A stretch of DNA of 53,944 nucleotides, from assembly GCA_016777645.1 (NCBI GenBank), contig JADHRC010000001.1:1-53944 (forward strand). The letters are read 5' to 3'. The notes beneath the pieces are model-generated. The model searched no databases and was not told the DNA's origin. It saw nothing but the letters and a program-made list of their open reading frames with translations. The stretch is from Alphaproteobacteria bacterium (GTDB lineage Bacteria; Pseudomonadota; Alphaproteobacteria; Puniceispirillales; Marisalimonadaceae). Both the position numbers and the translations under genes were made by a program. This document shows positions 11,021-21,045 of the stretch, in pieces; the first letter of the stretch is position 1; every line of letters starts with the position of its first letter.

Positions 11021-11157
11021 AACAAATACTCCTATTTTATTAAAACTTAGAGTTCAGATAGTATCTCCATAAAGATTTTTTGAAGATTACTTGCTAAATT
11101 AATAGCATTAAAAACTATAATTATGTTTTGAAAGATAAGAGATAATATATCTAAATA

Positions 11158-11418
11158 TTAACGATCTTTAAACTTCTCAAACAGAGTTTCTAAATCATGA
11201 TCGACTTGTTCATCAAATCCATGTCGTGAAGAAAAGAATGCTAATGACATTAAACCTGAACCTAAAAGTATTGTAAAAAAAGCACCAATAAAAATAGCCA
11301 TTTTACCATTAAAACTAATTGCAACATCTGACATTTGTAACCAAAGATTGATTGCAAAAACTGTTATAATTATCAATACCAAAGAAGCCATAATAATTAG
11401 TAATAATATATTTTTCAT
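11158..11418 (-). CDS. Small two-TM hypothetical membrane protein
   Basis: 86 aa, two hydrophobic helices, then LM.LAFFSSRHGFDE, a pattern resembling uncharacterised small alphaproteobacterial proteins. Confidence 0.7.
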   Translation of the reverse strand: MKNILLLIIMASLVLIIITVFAINLWLQMSDVAISFNGKMAIFIGAFFTILLGSGLMSLAFFSSRHGFDEQVDHDLETLFEKFKDR

Positions 11419-11461
11419 GCGAGCGTTTATATTACTAAATACTAAATGAGTCTATATAATA

Positions 11462-12649
11462 TTACCTAAGTGGCAATTCTGATTTCACTAATTGTTCCCA
11501 ATAAGATATACCTAAAGGTAAAATATTATCGTTAAAATCGTATTTAGTATTATGAAGCATACAACCTGATTTTCCTTCTCCAGCACCCAACCATATATAT
11601 GCTCCAGGTATTTTTTCTAACATATAAGCAAAGTCTTCTGCTCCCATAGACGGAGCTAAATTAGTCTTTACAGCGTTTTTACCAAATAAACTCGAGGCTA
11701 CTTCTATTGCCCTATCACTAGATTCAATATCGTTTACTGTTACTGGATAACCTTTAATAACAGACACATCAGCAATACAGCCATAGGCTAATGCAGTTGT
11801 TTCACAGATTTGAGTAAATTGATTATGTACCTCTGCCCTAGTTTCTGAATTGACCGTTCTAATAGTGCCAATGAAATTTGCTTTTTGAGGAATAATATTA
11901 AAACCAGAGCCTGCATTGATCTGTGTAACTGAAACAACAACTGCATCAAGAGGGTTTTGTTTACGTGAAACTATTTGCTGTAATGCTTGAACAATTCCAC
12001 TCACTGCTAAAACAGGATCATTCGTTACCTGAGGCATCGCCGCATGACCTCCATTTCCGTTTACAGTAACTTCAAACCTATCTGCAGCAGCCATTACCGA
12101 ACCTTTATGAACAGCTACAGTTCCCTCATCCATACCTGGCCAATTATGCATTCCCCATACACTATCCATAGGGAATTGTTTAAACAACCCGTCATCTATC
12201 ATTGCTAAACCACCACCACCACCTTCTTCAGCAGGTTGAAAAATAAAATAAACCGTTCCATCAAAATTATTTTGTGATGCTAATAACTTAGCGGCTCCTA
12301 ATAACATAGCTGTATGACCATCATGCCCACATGCATGCATACGACCATCAAATTTTGATTTATAAGGAAAGTCATTTTCTTCTGTCATAGGCAAAGCATC
12401 CATATCAGCTCTTAAACCAATAGCTTTGTTTCCTCCACCACCCAAATGAGCATCAAGGCCTTTTAAAATTCCAACAACTCCTGTGCCTCCTAAACCTCTG
12501 TGAACCTCTATACCAAACGATTTTAATTTTTCGGCTACAAAATCCGATGTCCATTTTTCTTCATACCCAAGCTCTGGATGAGCGTGTAGATTCTGCCTCC
12601 AGTTTCTTACTTCTGGAATAATATTTTCAATCTCTTTTGATATTTGCAT
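11462..12649 (-). CDS. M20D family amidohydrolase (hippurate hydrolase/aminoacylase-like)
   Basis: HPELGYEE, LRADMDALP, MHACGHDGH, FQPAEEG, GGHAA, GAEDF, LHN. Confidence 0.92.
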   Translation of the reverse strand: MQISKEIENIIPEVRNWRQNLHAHPELGYEEKWTSDFVAEKLKSFGIEVHRGLGGTGVVGILKGLDAHLGGGGNKAIGLRADMDALPMTEENDFPYKSKFDGRMHACGHDGHTAMLLGAAKLLASQNNFDGTVYFIFQPAEEGGGGGLAMIDDGLFKQFPMDSVWGMHNWPGMDEGTVAVHKGSVMAAADRFEVTVNGNGGHAAMPQVTNDPVLAVSGIVQALQQIVSRKQNPLDAVVVSVTQINAGSGFNIIPQKANFIGTIRTVNSETRAEVHNQFTQICETTALAYGCIADVSVIKGYPVTVNDIESSDRAIEVASSLFGKNAVKTNLAPSMGAEDFAYMLEKIPGAYIWLGAGEGKSGCMLHNTKYDFNDNILPLGISYWEQLVKSELPLR

Positions 12650-12669
12650 AAAAAACTCCTTATTTTATC

Positions 12670-12699
12670 ATTATAATTGTTCCATATAAGAAAGGTCAA
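12670..12699 (-). promoter_or_regulatory. Sigma70-type promoter of the M20 amidohydrolase gene
   Basis: Minus strand TTGACC-N18-TATAAT, followed by an AAGGAG Shine-Dalgarno (12656-12661) and the ATG at 12649. Confidence 0.65.
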
Positions 12700-12807
12700 C
12701 TTTCTAATTATTAAGCTATCGCAGTAATATTTAATATGTTAATTTATTATAGTTTAGTCCTATAACTCATTAATCAAAAAGTAATAATACGTTTAAGGCT
12801 TTAGAAC

Positions 12808-14073
12808 ATGCAGCTGATTAACAAAAGTATTCCTGAAAACAATATACAAAAATTTACTTTTATTTTTTTACCTTTTGCTTGTGGATATTTTCTGTCCTAT
12901 CTCTATAGATCAACCAATGCTGTCCTAGCTCCCTACTTGAGCAATGATCTAAGTATAAATGCGGAACAACTAGGTTTAATCACATCAGCATATTTTTTAA
13001 CATTTGGTTTGTTTCAATTACCCCTGGGAGTTCTTCTAGATAAATTTGGTGCAAGAAAAGTTCAAAGTATTTTATTCCTAGTTGCTGCTACCGGAGCAAT
13101 ATTATTTAGTTTAGGAAATGATGTTTGGTCACTTGTTATAGCACGTGGATTAATCGGTTTAGGAGTTTCAGGTGCATTAATGGGTGCTTTTAAAGCTTTT
13201 GCCGTCTGGTATCCTAAAGAAAGATTACCATTACTAATAGGTATTTTCATGTCAGCTGGAGGAATGGGAGCCATTGTCGCATCAACCCCACTAGAAATGG
13301 CTCTACAAATTACAGATTGGAGAGGTGTTTATCTTTTTCTAGGAATAATAACAATATTCACTGGTGCCTTGATTTTCTTTATAGTTCCAGAAAAACAGGA
13401 AACATTTAATCAAGAAAAACCATTACCTATTTTAAAGGTTTTAAAACATATATATACAAGTTATGCATTTTGGAGAATTGGACCTTTATCAGGTATAGCA
13501 GGAGGTACAGGGCTTGCTATATTGGGTTTATGGGCTGGACCTTGGCTTTCTGATATAGGACAATTTAATAAAGTAGAAGTAGCTAATATTCTATTTATTT
13601 CAACAATAATGATGACAATTGGTACAACGTCCTTAGGCGTAATTACTGATTATCTAAGAAAATTTAACATCTCTCCAGTTGGTGTAATGGGGGGAGCCTT
13701 ATTCGTGTTTATCATACCTCTTACTATTATTACATTTGGACTAATGCCAAAAGCTATATGGCCATGGGTAGTTTTAAGCATTACATCGTTGGCTGCAACT
13801 TTGGCTTATGCAGGTTTAAGCCAACATTTTCCAACAAGTTATGCTGCAAGAGCTTCAACGGCTATAAATTTGATATGCTTTTTGATGGCCTTTGTAGCGC
13901 AGTACGCCATAGGCTTTATAATGCAGATGGTAGAGCCTGGAAAACAATCTGGGTATTCTATAAAAGCATATCAAGCAGGCTTTGGATTGTTTTTAGGCTT
14001 ACTTATCATTTGTTATATTATTTTCATACTTATGAGTATCATTGAAATAAGAAGAAAAAAGCTTAATTCCTAA
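12808..14073 (+). CDS. Major facilitator superfamily transporter
   Basis: About 12 hydrophobic segments; motif A (GVLLDKFGARKV), ARGLIGLG, WRGVY. Confidence 0.9.
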   Translation: MQLINKSIPENNIQKFTFIFLPFACGYFLSYLYRSTNAVLAPYLSNDLSINAEQLGLITSAYFLTFGLFQLPLGVLLDKFGARKVQSILFLVAATGAILFSLGNDVWSLVIARGLIGLGVSGALMGAFKAFAVWYPKERLPLLIGIFMSAGGMGAIVASTPLEMALQITDWRGVYLFLGIITIFTGALIFFIVPEKQETFNQEKPLPILKVLKHIYTSYAFWRIGPLSGIAGGTGLAILGLWAGPWLSDIGQFNKVEVANILFISTIMMTIGTTSLGVITDYLRKFNISPVGVMGGALFVFIIPLTIITFGLMPKAIWPWVVLSITSLAATLAYAGLSQHFPTSYAARASTAINLICFLMAFVAQYAIGFIMQMVEPGKQSGYSIKAYQAGFGLFLGLLIICYIIFILMSIIEIRRKKLNS

Positions 14074-14663
14074 GGATAATAACGTTTAGCAATCCATTGG
14101 TTTTTTATTTTGGTAGGCTTTAAAATAAATCTATCATGTAATCTAAAATCACCATCTTGCCAAAATTCAAATTCAATCGGGCTCAATGCATAACCACCCC
14201 AGTGACTTGGTCGAGGAATATCATCGGTATATTTAGTTTCCATCAACTTAACTTTTTCCATTAAAATATCACGAGACTCTAACTCTCTAGATTGTTGTGA
14301 TGCCCAAGCACCGATTCTACTTCCTCTTGACCGAGAACGGTAGTATTTATCAGAAATTTCTTCAGCTACTTTCGTTATGTTTCCTATTAATCTAACTTGA
14401 CGATTTAGACTTTTCCAATAAAAACAGATAGCTCCTTTACCTGTTTCATTTATTTCATTTGACTTACGGCTCTCATAATTGGTGTAAAAAACAAAATCAT
14501 AATCAATAATATCTTTTAATAAAACAGTACGAACTGATGGCATTCCATTTTTTGACACAGTCGCTAATTGCATAGCATTTGGATCTCTAATTTCTTTTTT
14601 TTCTGCCTCAGACAACCATTGCTTAAACAATGGAATTGGGTCAACTATTTCTTCTAATTCCAA
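14070..14663 (-). CDS. pdxH: Pyridoxamine 5'-phosphate oxidase
   Basis: NAMQLAT, RTVLLK, FYTNYESRK, GAWASQQS, EFWQ..RLHDR. TTG start with GGAG 7 nt upstream. Confidence 0.95.
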   Translation of the reverse strand: MELEEIVDPIPLFKQWLSEAEKKEIRDPNAMQLATVSKNGMPSVRTVLLKDIIDYDFVFYTNYESRKSNEINETGKGAICFYWKSLNRQVRLIGNITKVAEEISDKYYRSRSRGSRIGAWASQQSRELESRDILMEKVKLMETKYTDDIPRPSHWGGYALSPIEFEFWQDGDFRLHDRFILKPTKIKNQWIAKRYYP

Positions 14664-14758
14664 GGATTATCTCCATTTTTACTGAAAGTACTAATTTTGC
14701 CATATTTTATACATATAAGATATAGTAATAAGATTTAAAGTAATTTTGTGAGGTTTAT

Positions 14759-15289
14759 ATGAATAAAAAGTATTTCTTATTACTTGGTTTTTTTCTTTTG
14801 TTATCAAGCAATAGCTACTCAAAAACAAATTTATATCAAGTAACAGGAACAGTATCTTCAGTTGAAGTATTAAAAACATATTCAGAGCAGCGAGTGCCTA
14901 AAAACCAAAAAATATGTTCAATTCAGAGAGTTCCAGTAAATCAAAATGCACAGAAATTTGGTGCAGATAATTTTATTGGCGCTCTAATTGGTGGTGCTAT
15001 TGGAAATCAACTTGGTTCTGGTGGTGGTAAAAGTGGTTCTACTGCTCTAGGCGCTTTAATCGGATCAGAAGTTGTTAGAAACGAAAAAGCTGAAGCAAAT
15101 CAAAATTATGTTGAAAAAGAAGTTTGCCAAATAAATAGAGTTATGCATACAGAAACTATAGAACAAGTAAGAGGCTATAAATTGGATGTTGAGGTAGATG
15201 GCGATATAATTTCATTTACAAGCAATAGATCTTACAACCCTGGAGATCTAATTACATTAACAAAAAAAATTAGCTATTCTCTTAATTAA
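14759..15289 (+). CDS. Exported glycine-zipper 2TM domain protein
   Basis: Signal peptide, then GALIGGAIGNQLGSGGGK..ALGALIG glycine zipper flanked by two Cys. Confidence 0.8.
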   Translation: MNKKYFLLLGFFLLLSSNSYSKTNLYQVTGTVSSVEVLKTYSEQRVPKNQKICSIQRVPVNQNAQKFGADNFIGALIGGAIGNQLGSGGGKSGSTALGALIGSEVVRNEKAEANQNYVEKEVCQINRVMHTETIEQVRGYKLDVEVDGDIISFTSNRSYNPGDLITLTKKISYSLN

Positions 15290-15380
15290 GATAAAAAAAA
15301 TTATTTTAATTATATAACTGTGTATAATATAATTATATTCTAATTTATTAACTATTTTAATTAAGTTGAAGGAAGCAGTG

Positions 15381-16214
15381 ATGGAAGAGCAAAATTCCAG
15401 TAATGGCATAATGAAAGGTAAACGTGGCATTGTCATGGGAGTTGCTAACGATAGGTCAATAGCTTGGGGCATTGCTGCTGCAGCTGCTAAACAAGGTGCT
15501 CAACTTGCATTTACTTACCAAGGAGAAGCACTTGAAAAAAGAGTAAGACCTCTAGCTGAATCAGTCGGCTCTGATTTAATAATACCCTGTGATGTCTCCA
15601 GTGATAATGCTATCGATGAAGCATTTAATACACTTAAAAAAAAATGGGATACTATTGATTTTATAGTTCATGCTATAGCATATTCAGACAAAGAAGAACT
15701 TAAAGGTGAGTACCTAGATACAAGTAGAGAAAACTTTTTTAAAACCATGGATATATCAGTATATTCTTTTACAGCAGTAGCAAGAAGAGCGGCAGCTATG
15801 ATGCCTAACGGCGGCTCTATGATAACATTAACCTATTACGGTGCTGAAAAGGTTATGCCACACTATAATGTAATGGGCGTCGCCAAGGCTGCTCTTGAAT
15901 CTTCGGTTAGATATCTAGCAGCAGATTTAGGAGGCGACAAAATTAGAGTCAACAGCTTATCTGCAGGGCCGATAAAAACCCTTGCCGCCAGTGGCATTGG
16001 AGATTTTCGATATATACTAAAATGGAATCAATATAACTCTCCTTTAAGAAGAAATGTAACTCTTGAAGACGTAGGTGGATGTGGTGTTTATCTTTTATCT
16101 GATTTGTCGACTGGTGTAACTGGTGAGACACATCATGTTGATTGTGGATACCACGTAGTAGGCATGAAAGCTATAGATGCACCAGACATGTCTCCAGAAA
16201 AAAAAGAACATTAA
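15381..16214 (+). CDS. fabI: Enoyl-ACP reductase FabI
   Basis: GVANDRSIAWGIA, YNVMGVAKAALE, AGPIKTLAASGI. Start moved to the ATG after AAGGAAG. Confidence 0.96.
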   Translation: MEEQNSSNGIMKGKRGIVMGVANDRSIAWGIAAAAAKQGAQLAFTYQGEALEKRVRPLAESVGSDLIIPCDVSSDNAIDEAFNTLKKKWDTIDFIVHAIAYSDKEELKGEYLDTSRENFFKTMDISVYSFTAVARRAAAMMPNGGSMITLTYYGAEKVMPHYNVMGVAKAALESSVRYLAADLGGDKIRVNSLSAGPIKTLAASGIGDFRYILKWNQYNSPLRRNVTLEDVGGCGVYLLSDLSTGVTGETHHVDCGYHVVGMKAIDAPDMSPEKKEH

Positions 16215-16246
16215 TTTACCGTTACTCATTAACCTGAAAGATTAAA

Positions 16247-17341
16247 ATGGCTAGTAACTCCTTTGGACATAATTTTAAATTTACAAGCTTTGGTGAAAGT
16301 CATGGTAAAGCAATTGGTTGTGTCGTTGATGGCATACCACCCTTGGTAGAAATAGAAGAAAAAGACATTCAGTATTATTTAGATAGAAGGAAGCCAGGCC
16401 AGTCTAAATTTGTTACCCAGAGGAAAGAAAATGATATTGTAGAAATACTTTCTGGTACTTTTGAAGGCAAAACTACTGGTCATCCTATGGCGTTACTAAT
16501 TAAAAATGAGGATCAAAGAAGCAAAGATTATTCAGAAATTTCAAAACAATTTAGACCAGGTCACGCAGATATTACATACCAGAACAAGTATGGAATTAGA
16601 GATTTCAGAGGTGGTGGCAGATCAAGTGCAAGAGAGACAGCAGTAAGAGTCGCTGCAGGAGCTATTGCTTTTAAGGTGTTAGAGTATAAATTAAATAAAC
16701 CTATAAATATTCGAGCCAGTGTCATCCAAATGGGCCCAAACAAAATAAATAGGAAAAATTTTGATTGGGATGAAATAAACAGGAATCCATTTTTTTGTGC
16801 AGATGCGAAGGCGGCAAAAGAATGGGAAATTTGGTTAGATGACCTTAGAAAAAATGGAAATAGCACCGGTGCTATAATTGAAGTTATAGCTGAAAATGTG
16901 CCAAGAGGTATAGGTAGCCCTATATATAAAAAATTAGACACACAAATCGCAGAAGCCTTAATGAGTATAAACGCTGTTAAAGGAGTAGAAATTGGTACAG
17001 GATTTGAATTGGCATCCTTAACAGGGTTTGAAGCTAATGATGAGATTTTCCCTGATAATAAAGGTGATTATTACTTCGGATCAAACCATTCTGGTGGTAT
17101 TTTAGGAGGAATTTCATCAGGACAACCTATTGTTGCCAGATTTGTTGTAAAACCAACAAGTAGTATTTTAAAAGAAAAAAACTCTATAAATATGAACAAC
17201 GAGTCTATCCAAATTAAAACTAAAGGAAGACATGACCCTTGCGTTGGGATCAGAGCAGTTCCTGTAGCTGAAGCTATGATGGCTGTTACTTTGCTAGACC
17301 AAATCTTAGAACATGAAAGTCAAATCGGAGCTTTAAAATAA
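16247..17341 (+). CDS. aroC: Chorismate synthase
   Basis: [45 protein letters not shown]. Confidence 0.97.
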   Translation: MASNSFGHNFKFTSFGESHGKAIGCVVDGIPPLVEIEEKDIQYYLDRRKPGQSKFVTQRKENDIVEILSGTFEGKTTGHPMALLIKNEDQRSKDYSEISKQFRPGHADITYQNKYGIRDFRGGGRSSARETAVRVAAGAIAFKVLEYKLNKPINIRASVIQMGPNKINRKNFDWDEINRNPFFCADAKAAKEWEIWLDDLRKNGNSTGAIIEVIAENVPRGIGSPIYKKLDTQIAEALMSINAVKGVEIGTGFELASLTGFEANDEIFPDNKGDYYFGSNHSGGILGGISSGQPIVARFVVKPTSSILKEKNSINMNNESIQIKTKGRHDPCVGIRAVPVAEAMMAVTLLDQILEHESQIGALK

Positions 17342-17357
17342 TTTATAATAAATAATT

Positions 17358-18116
17358 TTATTTTCTAGCAGCTATTACAAATTCTTTATTCCCACTTGGT
17401 CCTAATATTGGACTCTCTACAACACCCAACAAATTCATTTGCATATCATGTTTAAGCCACTGTTCAATATTATTTACAACTTCTTGATGTAATGTAGCAT
17501 CTCTAACTACGCCACCTTTGCCAACCAAACCTTTACCCACTTCGAATTGAGTTTTAATTAATGCAGCTAGCCAACCATTTTTTTTTAAGAAAGATAAACC
17601 TGAGGGTAAAATTTTTTTTAATGAAATAAATGAGGCATCACAAACTACAGCATCTAATTGATCTTTTATAATTTCATCTGACAAAAATCGGGCATTTGTT
17701 TTTTCTTTAACTATAACCCTTTCATCTTTACGCAACTTCCAATCTAATTGGCCATAACCAACATCTACGGCATAAACTTTATTCGCACCTTTTGATAATA
17801 ATACATCAGTGAAACCACCTGTACTTGCTCCGATATCAAGAGCCGTTATAGATTGACAACGTAAATCGAACTCTAAAATAGCTTTTTCTAACTTCACCCC
17901 TCCCCTTGAAACCCAAGGATACGGCTTGGACTTTATCTCTATAAAAGCTTCTGTTGAAACTTGTTGTCCAGATTTTTCAACTCTGTTTCCATTAACAAAA
18001 ACGCTTCCTGCCATGAGAAAAGAATTCGCTTGCTCTCGACTTCGGGCTAATCCTTTGAGAAATAAAAGTTTATCTATTCGTTCTTTTGTTATAATAAAAA
18101 CCTTAATTGATATCAC
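17358..18116 (-). CDS. tlyA: TlyA family rRNA 2'-O-methyltransferase
   Basis: N-terminal S4 domain (RIDKLL..G), VSRGGVKL, DIGASTGGFTD, DVGYGQL, DASFISL, GNKEF. Start uncertain (GTG 18116 or ATA 18092). Confidence 0.92.
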   Translation of the reverse strand: MISIKVFIITKERIDKLLFLKGLARSREQANSFLMAGSVFVNGNRVEKSGQQVSTEAFIEIKSKPYPWVSRGGVKLEKAILEFDLRCQSITALDIGASTGGFTDVLLSKGANKVYAVDVGYGQLDWKLRKDERVIVKEKTNARFLSDEIIKDQLDAVVCDASFISLKKILPSGLSFLKKNGWLAALIKTQFEVGKGLVGKGGVVRDATLHQEVVNNIEQWLKHDMQMNLLGVVESPILGPSGNKEFVIAARK

Positions 18117-18122
18117 TAATAA

Positions 18123-20069
18123 TCAACTAACTTCAATCTCATTATTTAAGTTAGAAAGTGAGCACATCTCTCTTATGACTTTTATTAGCCCATGCTCATC
18201 CAGACCAGCTTGAGCAAGTTGCTCATTTTGGGAAGCGTGATCTAAAAAATTATCTGGCATATTTAGGCATCTGATTTCTTTGTTGCTCTGATTTAGGTAA
18301 CCTTGAGTAGACATAAAATGAAGACAATGCGAGCTAAAACCACCTACAGAACCTTCTTCTATAATAATAAGTTTTTCATGCTCTTCCCATAACTTTGATA
18401 GAAGTTTATAATCAATTGGTTTTGCAAATCTAGCATCAGCCACAGTTATAGAATATCCTTCGGATTTTAATTTATCTCTAACCTTTAATGCTGCACTTAA
18501 TCTTGTACCAAGTGAAAGAATAGCAATATCCTTACCTTGGAATACAATTCTGCCCTTACCAATTTCTATATTGCTGAGAGAAGCAGGAATATCAACCCCA
18601 ACACCTTCACCCCTTGGATATCTGCAAAATATAGGGCCTTTACTATAATTAGATGATGTAAAGACCATATTAGCTAAATCAGCTTCGTTACTAGGAGCCA
18701 TTACAACAACATCAGGCAAACAGCAAAGATAAGTTAAGTCAAATGATCCAGCATGAGTGGCGCCATCAGCACCAACAAACCCAGCTCGATCCAACATAAA
18801 CCTAACAGGTAATTTCTGAATGACTACATCATGAATTACCTGGTCATATGCTCTTTGTAAAAAAGTTGAATATATTGCAACAAAAGGCTTTAACCCTTCT
18901 GAGGCCATCCCTGCAGCGAATGTAACAGCATGTTGTTCAGCTATACCAACATCAAAAAATCTATCCTTAAATTTTTCTGCAAATCTATTTAAACCGGTAC
19001 CAGAAGGCATTGCAGCTGTAATAGCTAAAACCTTTTCATCCTTTTCAGCTATTTTACACAAAGTTTCTGAAAAAACATTCGTATAAGTAGGAGCATTTGA
19101 TGTTGATTTAATCGTATTTCCTGTAATGAGGTTGAATTCTGAAACAGCATGATATTTTTCATGAGAATTTTGAGAAAATGGATGACCTCGTCCCTTTTCA
19201 GTAACTACATGAAGCAAAATTGGCTTATCATGAGATCCATGTTTTAAATTTTGTAAAATTTTAACCATAGATGATACATCATGACCATCTATAGGACCTA
19301 AATAATTCATCCCCATTTGACTAAAAATAGTTCCTTCTGAATTACTTAAAAAATTTCGTGCTAAATTTTCTGCTCTTTTTGCTGTCTCTCCTATTTCCTT
19401 AGGTAAAAAATTGACCATTTGTTTAGCAATTTCTCTTACATTATTAAAGGATCTGCTAGAAACAACATTTGACAAATAATTACTTAACCCACCAACAGCA
19501 GGTGCGATAGACATATCATTATCATTTAAAATTATTAATAAATTGGTTTTTAAGGCTCCTGCATTATTTATAGCCTCATAAGCCATACCTGCACTCATTG
19601 CTCCGTCACCAATTACAGCAACCACATTGTTGGATTTACCTAATTTGTCTCTTGCAACTGCCATTCCTAAAGCTGCTGAAATAGATGTAGATGAATGACC
19701 CGCTCCAAATGGATCATATTTAGATTCACTTCTCTTAGTAAAACCAGAAAGTCCTTTGGCTTTTCTAAGAGTATTCATTTTATGTCTTCTATTAGTTAGG
19801 ATTTTATGAGGATAGGCTTGATGACCTACATCCCATATCAACCGATCATCAGGAGTATCAAAAACATAGTGGATTGCAACGGCAAGCTCAACTACACCTA
19901 AGCCTGCACCTAGATGGCCTCCTGTTTTTGAAACTATATTAATCATATCAGAACGTAATTCAGAACATAAATTATCAAGATCTTCTATCTTTAAAAACTT
20001 TAAATCATCAGGATTTTTAACCTGATCTAGAAGGGGTGTAGTACTGAATTTTTTCTTTTTATATGTCAT
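18123..20069 (-). CDS. dxs: 1-deoxy-D-xylulose-5-phosphate synthase
   Basis: GGHLGAGLG, WDVGHQAYPHK, GDGAMSAG..NDN, DVGIAEQHAV, GADGATH. Confidence 0.97.
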   Translation of the reverse strand: MTYKKKKFSTTPLLDQVKNPDDLKFLKIEDLDNLCSELRSDMINIVSKTGGHLGAGLGVVELAVAIHYVFDTPDDRLIWDVGHQAYPHKILTNRRHKMNTLRKAKGLSGFTKRSESKYDPFGAGHSSTSISAALGMAVARDKLGKSNNVVAVIGDGAMSAGMAYEAINNAGALKTNLLIILNDNDMSIAPAVGGLSNYLSNVVSSRSFNNVREIAKQMVNFLPKEIGETAKRAENLARNFLSNSEGTIFSQMGMNYLGPIDGHDVSSMVKILQNLKHGSHDKPILLHVVTEKGRGHPFSQNSHEKYHAVSEFNLITGNTIKSTSNAPTYTNVFSETLCKIAEKDEKVLAITAAMPSGTGLNRFAEKFKDRFFDVGIAEQHAVTFAAGMASEGLKPFVAIYSTFLQRAYDQVIHDVVIQKLPVRFMLDRAGFVGADGATHAGSFDLTYLCCLPDVVVMAPSNEADLANMVFTSSNYSKGPIFCRYPRGEGVGVDIPASLSNIEIGKGRIVFQGKDIAILSLGTRLSAALKVRDKLKSEGYSITVADARFAKPIDYKLLSKLWEEHEKLIIIEEGSVGGFSSHCLHFMSTQGYLNQSNKEIRCLNMPDNFLDHASQNEQLAQAGLDEHGLIKVIREMCSLSNLNNEIEVS

Positions 20070-20099
20070 ACGACAATTGAAACCTATAATTAATGAAAA

Positions 20100-21017
20100 T
20101 TAATATTTTCTATTTACAGTATATTTAGCTAAAGATACAAGGTTTTCTGAGGCTGGTTGATATTTTTCAATTATTTTTATTGCATCATTTGAGGTTTTTA
20201 TTGCTCTATTTATAGCCTTTTCTTTACCAAGCATAGTAACAAAATTAGGTGTTTTATTCTTGCTATCCTGCTTTGTAGGCTTTCCTATCACGGTTTCATC
20301 ACCATCTTCGTCTAATAAATCATCAGCTATTTGAAAAGCTAAACCAATATTATCTGCATATTTCATTAATTCTTTTTTATGTTCCTCATTTGCACCGACC
20401 AAAATTGAAGCAACTTCACAACATGATGAGATTAATGCTCCAGTTTTGTGCCTCTGTATCCATTCAACCTCAGATAAACTAAGAGTAGCTTGATTACTAA
20501 AATCCATATCTGCCTGTTGCCCTCCAACCATACCATTTGGACCAATAGCTTTTGCAATTACAAAACAGATATCAGATCTATTTCTTGGATCCTCAATAAA
20601 ATTAGTGTCTCCTATAATTTGAAACGCCCAACTTAGCAAAGCATCTCCAGCTAAAATAGCTGTATAATCTCCATATTTGACATGATTTGAAGGTTTACCT
20701 CTTCTTACCGCCGAATTATCCATAGCAGGCAAATCATCATGTATTAATGAATAACAATGTATTGCCTCAATTGCAGATGCAACAGCGACCAATTCTTTAA
20801 ACTTTTTTTCTGAAAATAACTGATTATTAACTTTGGTTAATACTTTTCCAGTTTCCAAAACTAGAAAAGCCCGTATTTTTTTCCCTCCGCTAATTGCAGA
20901 GTATCTCATAGATTCTAGAAGATTTTTATTAAGCCCATCTCCAAAAGGTAAATAATTATCTAAAAAATTATCTATTTCATATGAGTTATCTTCAAGTTTT
21001 TTTAAAAAATCATCCAT
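20100..21017 (-). CDS. ispA: Farnesyl diphosphate synthase / polyprenyl synthetase
   Basis: GGKKIR, SLIHDDLPAMD..RRG, FQIADDLLD; lies between xseB and dxs. Confidence 0.93.
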   Translation of the reverse strand: MDDFLKKLEDNSYEIDNFLDNYLPFGDGLNKNLLESMRYSAISGGKKIRAFLVLETGKVLTKVNNQLFSEKKFKELVAVASAIEAIHCYSLIHDDLPAMDNSAVRRGKPSNHVKYGDYTAILAGDALLSWAFQIIGDTNFIEDPRNRSDICFVIAKAIGPNGMVGGQQADMDFSNQATLSLSEVEWIQRHKTGALISSCCEVASILVGANEEHKKELMKYADNIGLAFQIADDLLDEDGDETVIGKPTKQDSKNKTPNFVTMLGKEKAINRAIKTSNDAIKIIEKYQPASENLVSLAKYTVNRKY

Positions 21018-21045
21018 TAAACTATTTGACTGACTTTATGATATT

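Noticed and set aside
11034-11157. Possible fluoride riboswitch upstream of the SulP anion transporter
   Set aside because: GGAGAT is present, but the rest of the crcB-motif consensus and its pairing are absent.
7545-14073. umuDC-SulP-M20-MFS block as a mobile element or ICE remnant
   Set aside because: No integrase, transposase, tRNA target or flanking direct repeats, and no visible compositional shift.
14759-15289. Glycine-zipper protein as a toxin or pore-forming effector
   Set aside because: No immunity or secretion genes nearby; glycine-zipper envelope proteins are common, and the pdxH-fabI context is housekeeping.
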